Positions 25,872 to 37,500 of a stretch of DNA of 64,000 nucleotides are shown piece by piece. A program made the position numbers and the translations under genes. Under the pieces are notes generated by a model. It worked only from the letters and a program-made list of their open reading frames with translations. It did no database searches and was not told where the DNA came from. Position 1 is the first letter of the stretch. Each line of letters opens with the position of its first letter. Origin of the DNA: Klebsormidium nitens (taxonomy: Eukaryota; Plantae; Klebsormidiophyceae); assembly GCA_000708835.1 (NCBI GenBank), contig DF237028.1:62001-126000 (forward strand), written 5' to 3'.

Positions 25872-28800
25872 ATGGCTGCCACAATGCAGCAACTTTCTGC
25901 CACTGCTGCTCCTTGCAGAAATCTCTGTTCGAATCGGGCTCCTCGCAAGGGGTGCGCTCATACACAAGCTGCGGCGGCCGTGGTGCATTCTCCACATAGA
26001 GCCTTCTTAGATCAGGTTTCGTCGAGAATGCTGAGACTACGCGGGACGAGACAGGAGGGCAACTGTGGAGCCCTGGCAGGAAATGCAGTCCAAATGCAAG
26101 GTGGCGCCGCTATAAGGTGTGTTTCCGAGCTGCAGAAAATGCTGTGAGGAGTGAGAGTTGATCTTTCCTCCATGCCAATGCAATGCTTGAAGCAAGTGTG
26201 ATCTTGAAATTGACCTGTGACGCAGACGTCAGCTCCTTGTGATGACAATGCTGTGATTGGTCACACTCTTCACCACATATGGTTTTCAATGGGTCACCTC
26301 CCACCTCTTCTTTGCAACCACCAGGACGTCCTCCCTGACCCTGGTCATTAACGAGCCCAGGTCACCTTCCTGCAATGTTGCTTTTCATAAAGTAACAATA
26401 TCTTACCCACCTTCATTGGTCCGAACCCTCTTCCTGCAGCCACCATGCAACAGCCCCTAACCACCCGGTGCGGTGCGCCGCCTCTGCTCACGAGCAAGCG
26501 GAGGGCGCCTCTGAGCTGCCTGAGAAGCGGTGCGTCGTTGGGCTTGGCGGCGCGGGCATCGACTACCTTGCTGAGGTGGCGGCATACCCCGCCCCCGACG
26601 ATAAGATCCGCACCACCACCCTGCAGGTAGCCCCGGGCCCAGCCTCAGCGCTTCCCCCCTAATACAGCCCCAGGCAAGCCAGCGCCGCCTGTCATCGCCA
26701 CAGATGGTTCCTCCTGGCCGTGTAGTTCTTTGGAGTGGTTAAGCCTCTTTCTATAGTTGGTTGCAAGCAGTCCGGTGTTCCAAATCCCCTTGTACGAGCC
26801 CCTCACTTTGAACCCATTGTCTTCCAGAGGAATTGGCTTTGACTCACCTTTGTGTACATGAACAACGTCAAGTTGGAGACTGAAACCGCCCACATGGCCT
26901 CCCACCTTCTCCTCCGGCTGGGGAGCCACTTTCGTATTTCACAAGCTTTGGTGATTTCTAACGGGGGGTCATCATGTGTCTTCGCTCCAATCAGGTCCAG
27001 GGAGGGGGCAACGTGGGCAATGCTCTGACGGCCGCTGCGCGACTGGGGCTGCAGCCTCGAATCATTTCCAAGGTGGCAGACGATTCTCTGGGGGGCCAGA
27101 TTTTGGCAGAACTAGAGGGGGACGGCGTGGACACACAACATATGGTGGTGGCGCAAGGAGGGGTCTCGCCCTTCACGTACATCATTGTGGATAGGGCCGG
27201 GCACACTAGGACGTGTATTCACACCCCAGGCCAGCCACCGATGCAGTCGCACGAGCTCACACAGGACACGGTGAGGCAAACTGAAGCGCAGCATATAGTG
27301 ATTGGCAAGACTGTCAGATGGAAGAGAATGGGAGCTACAATATCCACATGAGGATATTGATCCAGAGATACACGCCCGCTCTGCAAGAGCGGCCTCAGCG
27401 AAGGCCGTGGACGTTCTTTTCCCGCAGCTGCCATGATTAGGGCAGATTGTGGCCGATCAACGTCGAACGTGAGCAAAAGTTCGGGCTCACCAATCTGGGC
27501 TGAGGCTTCGATTGACGTTCTCCTTGTAGATCTCATCAGTCCTGGATGGTGCCGATCTGGTGTACTTCGATGGGCGTCTCGCAGATTCTGCCATCCTTTT
27601 GGCCAATGAGGTATGTAAAACACATACTGAACTCTGAACTACCAAAAGCGCAGAGTCTCCCACACTCTTATACCCTCGGCCAAATGAGATGCAGCAAACG
27701 CATAACCCAAACTCAGAGTTTCTGTGTGTCGATACGTGTGCTTGATCGAACATTGATATGAAAGTCGTCATTGCTGTCTGCTTGATTCTTCCAACTCGTG
27801 GTCAAAGAAATCCCTCAAAAGGAAAAATATTCAGCCGTACATTAGTTGTCACCTCACGGTGCAGCGTTGTGCATCCAAAGTCAGGCAATAATCTCGTGTC
27901 GTGTATCTCATGACCGTCGCTCTGGCAGTGTTTCGTTCGTTCTGATTGGTAGAGAAACTAACAAGCGACCGTTCAAAACAGTCTGGATTAGTCTGGATCG
28001 ATCGAAAAGGATGGTTCGACAGCGCACAGAAAGGACAGAGTTGGCATCTTGAGAGGTCTTTCCAAGTGGCTCTTACCGATTGGATGGAGTGCAAACCAGA
28101 TCGACATTCAATCGATCACGTCGATCAAGAGCAGGTGCCTCTCTGTCCGGTCGGGCCGGATGCATTGAGGCGATTCTTGAGAAAATCCTCTCTTTCCAAC
28201 TATAACGCTCGGTCCGCTTCTCCTTGGTGCAGGCTTCCGCTCGCGGGCTCCCCATCCTAGTTGATGCAGAGCGGCCGCGGGACGGCCTCGATGCGCTGCT
28301 GCACCTGGCAACGCACGTCGTGGCATCCGAAAAGTTTCCTTTGGTGAGTGTGGGGTAAGCACGCATCGTCCAGCGAACAAATTCTCCTACATCGGGCCTA
28401 ACGCTTTTTCCCCCTTAATCTCCTCGAATGAACCCCATTCGGGTCACGACTGTGGCTTGTGGCTGCTTGGGGCTTGGCCCTTCCAGGCGTAGTCTCAGTG
28501 AACCATCGCCTCGCCCATCCCTGAGATCTGTGGACGGTTGAGATCCTGAGCGTGTGCCCTCTGTTTGAGCTTCCACGCTAATTTTGGGAGTGGGTTCCGG
28601 CACAGGCTTGGACGGGCGCTCCCGGGCTGGGCGGCTCTCTCCTCACTCTTCTGCAGCGGCTGCCACGTGTGCAACAAGTGACGGTTACACTAGGCGCGCG
28701 CGGTTCGGCCACAGTCGAGAGGCTGCCCCTCCCGGCAGGTCTGTTCGTTTCCTTTCAGATCCTGTTCCGAAATCCTTGTTAGATCAAATCGACTGAAGAT

Positions 28801-30941
28801 TAACAGCCCGTAAGTGAATCTGTATCCTTTGCTTCTGCCTCCCTTTAAGCTGCTCTCGATCATCCTATCAAACTTTCGCACTTCCATCGATATGGACTCT
28901 TGTGTGCAGAACATTTTCAGTTGACGTTGTCTTCTGGCAATACTTTGCACGCCCTTCACGCTGAGCGACGTATCGCCCATGCTGTACCGCGGACTCTCTG
29001 CTACTTGCCGCATCCTCTGATCGATACAAATCGAAGAAACCAGTCCTCCGACTAAAGCGGTGTTCGATAACGTGCAAATCGCGTCTGCAAAAGTTTTGCA
29101 CGCGCCTTCTATTGTACGAGGCTGCATCAATGACGGAGCCCTCAGGAGAAAAGTATCAATCCTCTGCAACCAGCTCAGAAAGTAAAGCGTCTCGATGTCC
29201 AGCAGGCCACTTTGCAAGCGCACAATGATTAGAGTAGAATCGCTTTCATCATCACTGCTATTGGATTCAATCCTCAACATTTGTTTCTTTGTTGCAACGC
29301 AATATGACGCTGAGGCTTCCCTCTTTCTTTCCACTTCAGACGGCGACTCTCCCGCCCTCGACGTGGACGAGGCGTTGCAAGGCCTCATTCTGCGCGCGGA
29401 GCAGAAGCGCGAGCAGGCGGGGGCGGGGCCGCGGCCCGTCGTGGTCGCCTCCAAGGTGGGGCCCACCGGTGGTGATAAGTCCACCCTTCTCGGTTTTGAA
29501 CCAGTCGGCCATGTTGGAGAGCCCTGCATTACCATCTGTGTTAGTGCCTTTGCCTTTTCTTTGAAAGTTTAAAGCGAAACGATGTGAGGTTGCGAGCACG
29601 AACTTCAACCGACGTCTTTGCTGAGTCGAGAGTGCTAAAGCAAATTCACTCTGGATCTCAAGCCATGCTGGGTCTCCAACACTTTGCTCTGGTATCGCTT
29701 TCGAGGCGATCAATCGGGCGTGTGCGAAAAGCGCCGCTTCTCAGACGGCGTCATCGTCAGCCCCTACCCTCTTGGCTTCCTCTACTGCAACGAAACCATC
29801 ACCAACCGAAAGCTGTGACTGTGCCCCAAAAATATCGCACCTCCAACAAAACTTCGGATTCTCCTCCAAGAAGTGCGCTCTGCTCACTCGCTCTCTCACT
29901 GCTTTTCGTTGCTCCCTGTCCCTCCCAGTCGGGCCGCCTCATCTCGTCCCAGCTCGGCCCAAGCGACGGCGGTGACGTGGCGGGGCGCGTGCTGTACGCT
30001 TCGGCAGTGGCCTTGACCGCGCATCAGATTGTGGACACTACAGGAGCGGGGGACGCCTTCATCGGGGCGGTCCTGTATGGTGAGGGCGCATACTACATTG
30101 CAGCATCCGATAGGAGCCTCGCGTGCTGGTGATTGTGTCGCGGCGTCTCGTGTGGTATTTCTCGTGATGGCGATTCGAACCGCACACGTCTCGTGGCGGT
30201 GCAGTAGGGAAAGTCTGACACAGCCAGGTTCGAATAACACTTGGTAGCTCGATCTTAAGAACGTCCAGAGTGTGGTGCAACTTTTGTTGGAGGTCTCTGG
30301 CAACAAGCCATAGGCCCCCGTACGAATCTTGCCGACGGGCTCTATGAAAACGAGCGCTCAACTTCTTGCAGGGTTTACGGTCGAAACAGTCCGCATGTGG
30401 AAAGAGTTGAGTCTCAGCCAGTCTTGAAGCAACTTCCGGGAGCGAGTACGAGATTGTGAGATGGATGTTTTGACGTTCAGCTCTGATTACTTCCGCTTGT
30501 TGTGCAGCTCTTTGCGCTGGGCTTCCTGCCGAGAAGATGCTCCGGCTGGCGGCGACAGTGGTAAGTCACCTTATGTTCTGTGCTTATGCTCCTCCCTGTT
30601 GAAGAGCAACAAAAGATTCAATACCCCTTCCTTGTAATCGACAACAAGGAATCTCAGTAGTTGACGCTTTGAAGCTCTGACGATGCTACTACGGGGAAGC
30701 TGTCTCGACAGATGTCCAATTGGTTTGGTCTGGCCCGGTGACTCTAAGTGCGTACAACGCTTTCAGCTCACGTTTGGACGTAACATTCAGTTCGACTTCT
30801 TGTGTTTAGCAGACTTTGATCCCCAGTTTATGTATCTTTGGTCGCGCTTGTTTGCAGGCGGGAGAGAAGTGCAAGGCACTTGGTTCACGACCAGGCCTGC
30901 CCAGAAGAACAGACCCGTGTATCCAGGACCTGCTTGGCTGA
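25872..30941 (+). CDS. PfkB-family carbohydrate kinase with N-terminal transit-peptide-like extension, about 10 exons
   Basis: Exons near 25872-26117, 26440-26627, 26995-27270, 27530-27610, 28233-28343, 28606-28738, 29340-29457, 29930-30079, 30508-30561 and 30858-30941. Signatures GGGNVGNALTAAARLG, VTLGARGS and DTTGAGDAFIGAVLY. First-exon boundaries are less certain. Confidence 0.92.
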
Positions 30942-31932
30942 TGGTCCACTGCCTTGGCAGACCAGACTCACTAATGTCCTGGTTGTTTTGGCGTTCTATT
31001 ACATGCTCGACCTGCGATGGTCCGAGAATCCGAATGATCACGGATGAAAAGCTTCGGGAGTTTACAAGAAGGTTCAACGTGATCACAAGCAGCGCGGACG
31101 TATATCTGAGTACTTGGCTAGGTCAAATCCGAATGATATGGAACTTGAAGCGCAACCCAACTGGCATTTCACCACGTTAGATTGGTGATTTAACACTGGG
31201 CTGAAAAACTTTCGTCGTCTTTCAACGCGGTGGAACTCGACGATCTGAGCTTGTTTAAGGAGCAGCAAGTCAGCCTTTGCAATTCCATGCCCCATCGCGG
31301 TCCTTGAAAGACCTGGCGCAGCTCTGTCATGGCGTTGTAAAGAGGATGTAGTAGTGCTGGCAGATCAATAACTTGAGGCAGGGTCGCTGAGAAAAGCAGG
31401 GTATGCACATCACCCGCCAGTGACTAAGTTGATATCCCATTTATGAAAGCCCTGAATGAGATGATACGCATGCCCCCATGTTCCGGTGTTGCAAATGAGC
31501 GGCCCTCCCTAGCTGGGGCCTGCATGCGCATCAGACGTCCATGTGGGCCACATGGACGGTAAGTACCTTGTAAATTAACTCATTGGGTCCCGGTACGTAC
31601 CGCTTCGCACAGCATCTGGATGACTTCTGCATGGCAGGAAACAAGAAGGAACCTTGGAAGAAGGACTTGCCACAGGTGACAAAATCCTTAGTTGTTGACA
31701 GTGAGTGGCGCTTCAAGGTGCCGGCGGTCCTGCCGGCGCGCAAGTAAACTTCGTGCACTTTGGAAGTTATTAGTCATTTGAGTTCCTGCAATCTGGATAA
31801 TGCTGGCCGGCTCCATCGACCTGGGCGCACGCTTTGCGAGATCCCTTGCGAGTGGTGGTGGTTTCCGCTGGGTCAATGTCTTGAGAGCACCTACTGTGCA
31901 GAGGCACGAGGCGGGTCCCTGTACCTCGTTCG

Positions 31933-32253
31933 ATGGCCACCCCGCAACTGGTGCAGCAAACCCCCAGCCCCTCCTCCGCGTCTGCCCCAAGCTCTAGCGA
32001 GCAACTGGAACGGCTCTGTCGTCGCTGCAACAAGTACTTCAGCCCTGCTCGCAATTCTCCCCAGTCCTGTCGCTTCCACAGGAAAGAGTTTGTGTGCCGC
32101 TGGCACGACGACCAGCGCCGGTACTATGAGCTGGGGCCGGACGAGCCGCCCTATGCCGCCAAGTTCTACGACTGCTGCAATGCTGAGGACATCAACGCGC
32201 CTGGATGCGCCACCAGCAAGCACATCACTTACGACGATCTAGAGGAAGACTAG
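31933..32253 (+). CDS. Small (106 aa) intronless Cys/His zinc-finger-like protein
   Basis: Clean ATG-TAG ORF with GC3-biased codons. Pattern CRRC...CRFH...YDCC...GC...H; the block FVCRWHDDQRRYYELGPDEPPYAAKFYDCC resembles an uncharacterised conserved plant protein as I recall it. Confidence 0.8.
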   Translation: MATPQLVQQTPSPSSASAPSSSEQLERLCRRCNKYFSPARNSPQSCRFHRKEFVCRWHDDQRRYYELGPDEPPYAAKFYDCCNAEDINAPGCATSKHITYDDLEED

Positions 32254-32330
32254 CTGAAAGAAAGGACGCCGGTTTTTCTCCGTTGTGAAAAAAGCCTCTA
32301 GGTGGGGCGGCCCTGACACGTAGTAGCCCA

Positions 32331-35300
32331 ATGGCCGTTCTATGCGAGACCAACCAGATGTCGCTTGCTCTAGAGAGGCGCATCTTTGCGTCTTCCCCCG
32401 CTGGGCGAGCTATCCCCTGCACGCTGGTCACAGGCTTTCTCGGCTCTGGCAAGACCACCCTCGTCCGGCACATCCTGGCCAGCAAGGGCGACCTCCGCAT
32501 TGCAGTGCTTGTCAACGAGTTTGGCCAAGCCGACATTGACGGCGCCCTTTTAAACACCACCCAAACGAGCGCCTCGCTGGGCATTGCCCCTCCCCGTGCC
32601 CTCTCCCACGGCTGCGCTTGCTGCGACACTAGCGAGGAGTTCCGGGCCGCTGTACGAGGCATGCTAGAGAGCCAGGACGGCTTTGATTACTTGGTGGTCG
32701 AGACCTCGGGGCTGTCGGACCCTCAGCCGATGGCGCACGCGTTAATGGAGCTGGGAGTGCGGCTCGACATGGTTGTGGCGGTAGTGGATGCGGAAGCGCT
32801 GTGTGGCATGCTGGAGAACGAGGTGGCCAGGCGCCAGCTGGCGGCGGCGGACCTGGTGCTCGTCAACAAGTGAGGCTGCAAGACTCTCCAGGGAGGGACG
32901 CTCGATTGTGGTATGTTACCTGCTGGGGAAAGCTGCATTGGTTTGAGTAGACTTTACAAGAAGCGTGAGATTTTTCCACTCTTGCCCAATCCTTTATAGG
33001 AGCTGCCAATGTGCAATTTCAAGGCAGCCATTCGGGTAGGCATTGTACTCGGAAATTTGCTGAAGTGATTGTTGTGAACTTGTCTGAAAGAGCTTTGAAG
33101 GGGCTCAGAATTTTTTCTACCTCTGCCAGAAAGTCCCTCATGGGAAGCTCACAAGAATTGTGGCAACTCCCTTGTCTCGTTAGGGGCTTGTCTCCTAAGG
33201 TTCATAGGCCGGCGGACGGGTAGGGGCCCTACCTGGTCTGGTGGTTAGGGTGGGTAGGGGTGCGGAGCGCGTAAGATTTTTGGGTTAGGATTTTTAGTTG
33301 TGGTGCCCGGCGTTTCTAGATCTTAGGAGGCAAGCCCCTTCGGAGACAAGGGAGCTGCCAGTACCTCACCAGACTCCAGCATTGCTGCCTCTTGCCCTCA
33401 TACCCCCAGGTCTTCTCTGCAGGTGCGATCTGGTGTCTCTGGCTGGCGTCTCTGATGTCGAGGACCGCGTGGAAGCCCTGACAGGGGGAACAAAGGCTGT
33501 GCGCTGCCGCTACTCGCGGGTACCCCTGGAGCTCGTTCTCAACATCGACATTCGGCATGCCACCACTGACGTGGCGCTTGCGACCAACGGGGCAAGTGGC
33601 TACTTGTCGCATGAAAGAGTGAGGACTTCTGTGAAGCTGAAAATGAGGGAACCAGAGGGAGTGCCAGTAAGACGAAGCAAGGCTTTGGGGTTAACCAAGA
33701 TGAACGAAGGTACGAAAAGGATGGCGGGAGGGAATGACAACAATGGGCACTCCGCGCATCTGCCGGGAGGGGCTGTGAGGGATTCTAGTTCGCATCCAGG
33801 GAGTGAAAGCAACCGCCGCTTTGATGAAGCAAGGTGCTCACCAGGTTTCCAGGCGGAACGGGGTTCAAGTTCGCACGCCGGTCCATCGGGTCACGTTCAC
33901 GTGACCCAGTTTGGGTCGACGAGTGTGCATTCGGAGGTGCCCCTGTCTTTGGCTGCCTTCCAGGAGTGGGTGCTGGAGCGGCTTTTGACAGCAGGGGGAG
34001 TGCTGCGGGCCAAGGGCATCGCCTGGTTTGCAGAGGACAGGTAAGGTGCCCCTTCTCAAGACACATGCGTCTCTTATCTGTTCAATACCAGATAGCTGAT
34101 TAAGGACTGCCAGTCGTTCTCGTTTGAGCCTTCGATGCAACACGGGAAATCGACGTTGTACGCGTTTGGACTTGAAGAGCTTTGCTTTCGGCATTCATTT
34201 CAACAAGTCGTTGCCCTTCTTCGCCTACTTATGTAGAGTTCTTGTCGAGAACACCCCCAGGTCAGAGGCGCACATCTTCTGTTACAGCGGAGCAACAAAT
34301 GACTCGAGAATTGGTTTGCCTTCATCCGCATCATGATACCAGTATTTCGCAGATTGTTTTGGAGAATTGTACCCTTCGCTCCTCTTCTTTTCTGTATACG
34401 GCTTCCCTTACGACTCGCGGAGGTCAAACTCCAGCTGACGGTTTTCCCCTCTTCATCGCCAAAGGTTTTCCCCATACCTTCCCGCGCTCCTTGCAGGTCC
34501 CGCCGTTATGTCTTCCAGTACAGTGGCCGCCAGCGTCTGGATTTGCACACCGAGGGGCTCTGGGAGAGCCCGCCCCACACCAGCGTCGTTCTCATCGGCC
34601 GAGACAAGGCCGCGCTGCCAGGTACAATTCCCCAGGCTTGTATTCTAACCCGCTCAGATGATCATTCCTCGTTTCAGCAGGGTTTCGGAATGGGGACTGT
34701 TGCGCAACAGAGGGCTCCTGCGTTATTGACAGCAGCGTGTGTCTTTCTCTTCAATTGTTGTCGTGTTGCCAGAAGGAAGCGTTCGTGGGAAGCCGAGAGG
34801 GTCTAGCTTGCGACCTCTCTTCTTCCATCTAGTTGCATCTTGATCCCTTGATCTGCTTCAAGCCCGGGGCTCTGTACTTGAGAAACTGGGCACAAGACAT
34901 CGTTGGATTCAGTATAATCCTTTCGCAACTCAGTCCAGGTGCAGAAGTTTCTTCTGTTCAGAACCATTACTGACGTCGTGCTTTGGTGCAATACCAGGCC
35001 TGGAATCAACGCTCGAGGTTTGTGCGGACCGCACACTCCAACCGACAGATGAGACGCGTCCTGTGCCACCAAGTCAAGCTTTTCGAGACCTCATGGCGCG
35101 CGACGACCGTTTCAAGGTGCGCCAAACTGCGCCAACCTTGCTCGGTCTGCCTGATATGTTCTGGCAGCTTCGCAGTCTGTCTCCGTGGTAGCGTGCAATT
35201 GTAAGCTCTGGCCTACGGTGTTGTATACACGTCGTCATTAATGTAGAGGGTCCACGTAAAAGACTCCTCTGTCAGACGATTGGAGCGTATCGTACTGTGC

Positions 35301-36601
35301 GCTTAAGTCCTGCATCCCCATTCTCGACATTCATCTTTCTTATCGGATACAACCAATGCTAACAAGACGGCCGTCGAAACAACCGACACTACCGGTGTCT
35401 GGTTGCGAAACGACACAAAAGCAATCCGCGGACTCATTGACTTCCTCTTCTGTCTGACGCCCTTAGTCCAGGTTATCTTACGCACTGTTTTTTGCAGCTG
35501 GTGGCGGCGACCTCTTGCTTTGAAGCGGACACGGCGAGTTCGGCTCCTTTTCGGGATGAAGCTGACACCCTGGTGCGCTTTGTATTGAAGGGCGATGCGC
35601 TCAGAGGGGTCGACCAGGTACGGACTGAGAGCCTACTTGGATCGAACTGTGCAGTTAGCAGCTCATTCGCAGACTGTTCCAGCGAAGCCGTGCCAGGGCG
35701 GATGGGGAAGCCGCTGATCTGTGTATCTGACTGGCGCTGTTTCTCTTGACAAGTTGCTGAGGCCAGTATAGCGTCCATGAAGCCTGCCCGCGCAGATTAG
35801 CTGAGAGGAAGACGCTCGGAAACCCGCCTCTCGTTTTATTTGAGGACTCTTGTTTCCGAGCGGCTGGACGTCCTGCACCGGACTATCTTGCCCTTACCGT
35901 TGTCCTTGCCCGGACGAATCTTGTGTCTTGCTTGACAAACGTTTCATTCATGTGTAAACCAACACCGGATTGCCCGCTCGTAGTGCTGGTCATCAGCGAT
36001 CTTCAAACGAGAACTGGGCACCCCACAGCTCTCCCTGCTTATGCAGGACTTTGGTCAAAACGATCTTGCTTCTCTATCGCTATTTGACCAAAACCGATTT
36101 AGTGACTTGTATGTGCCGTGGGTGCAGAGAGCGCTGACGGAGTCGCTCATTGCGAAAGTGAACGGCCACAGGAAGCTCTTGCTGGCGGCAGTGGACATCC
36201 ATTCAGAAGGTGGGAACTCACTTTCGACGTTCCGCATTTCACTTTCATCAGCAGGAATGTCACGGAGTTTTTGTTTGTTCTCTGTAAGACATCCCGAGCT
36301 TTCATTCGATGGCTTAGCCAAATCGCTTGCCGGTGAGAGTTGCAGCCGGAAGCTTTTTCACTGCCAGTAGTGGAGTTTGTTTCGGAATGCGAGGGTGTAC
36401 AGTAATGATCTTGAAATTGTTCGAGTCGAGCACTCAGTTTATGCCGGAATTTTCGATGCAGGCTGTGTTGCACAAATGGTCCTCGGGCCTGCTGTCAATG
36501 CTGAGGATGCGTGGGCCCTGGTCGCGCAAGAAGCGGGCAAAGCACGGGCAGCGGCCTTCAAGAATATTCACGCCTGCAGGTGCGACTTCACCAGGAGCTA
36601 G
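32331..36601 (+). CDS. COG0523/CobW (ZNG1-like) G3E GTPase metallochaperone with an extra C-terminal domain, 7 exons, about 580 aa
   Basis: Exons 32331-32869, 33423-34040, 34497-34621, 34998-35116, 35498-35617, 36128-36209 and 36462-36601 sum to 1743 nt in phase. Walker A GFLGSGKT, VLVNEFG, GCACC (CxCC), VVETSGLSDP, VNKCD and CobW_C VLRAKGIAWF are present. Confidence 0.92.
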
Positions 36602-37500
36602 CAACTCTCGCCAACAGTTTACATAGAAGCTCCTTGCACGCGACTGTACATAGTCGAGACTCTGCACGCTGACTTTGCTGCTCACCTTTGCAAAGACGCT
36701 ACTTCGTAAAATCAGACTAAAAGTCCTGCGGGCCGATGCAAGACACAGTGCGACGTAGGCCCGCCGGACTTGCAGCGTGCGGCTGTTGTCCATCTATCTG
36801 ATCATGTGGCCGATGGTCTGTTCCGGCATCTGAGCTGCAATCTCAGCGCAAGAACTATAACTCGATCAATCTATCTTCAGTGCCCGGCCAGATATGTCAA
36901 TGCCGCCGCCGCCCCACATGAGCCTTCTGCGTGACATATTGTTGCATTGAACATGTCCGATCAAGTTCGATGCATCCTAATTGGTCACATGTGCGTGCGA
37001 GGTCAGCTCCTGACGTTATGGGAGGGCCGCAGTATAGTTAAGATCTCCACGTATGTCCAATCCCGTGATTCAGGCTCTGGCACACATGGCTGCAGCTAAC
37101 ATGCATGCACGCGGAACAATCAATCAGTAAAGCATGGGTATATTAGAACTTGCGCGACCTTGAATACTGTATACTGTAACGTACTGCACAATATAGGTGA
37201 ATATCAGGTACGTCGGTTCAATACTTGCCAGTTGCTCACTCATTGCTGTATCCTTTGCTTTGCAGAAGTCTGGTGAATTCTGAGGGCTAAAAGAGGCTGA
37301 AAACGGGCGTAGTAATCCGCAAATACGCAATCCTTGTCGATCGAGTCCGTCGCAAGGCCCCTGACTGCTTGTCAAGGCAACCTTGCGGCTGTTTAAAGCT
37401 GAAATGCTATGTGAGTCTCCTACGTATTCAGAATTGTATCGTATGTACAAAATCGATCTTGCGCGCGTCAGTGCCCAACAATATGAATCAGAACCAATAG

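Noticed and set aside
31190-31408. Minus-strand TLLFSATLP resembles DEAD-box helicase motif III
   Set aside because: No Walker A, DEAD or other helicase motif in any nearby frame, and no exon chain. Treated as chance.
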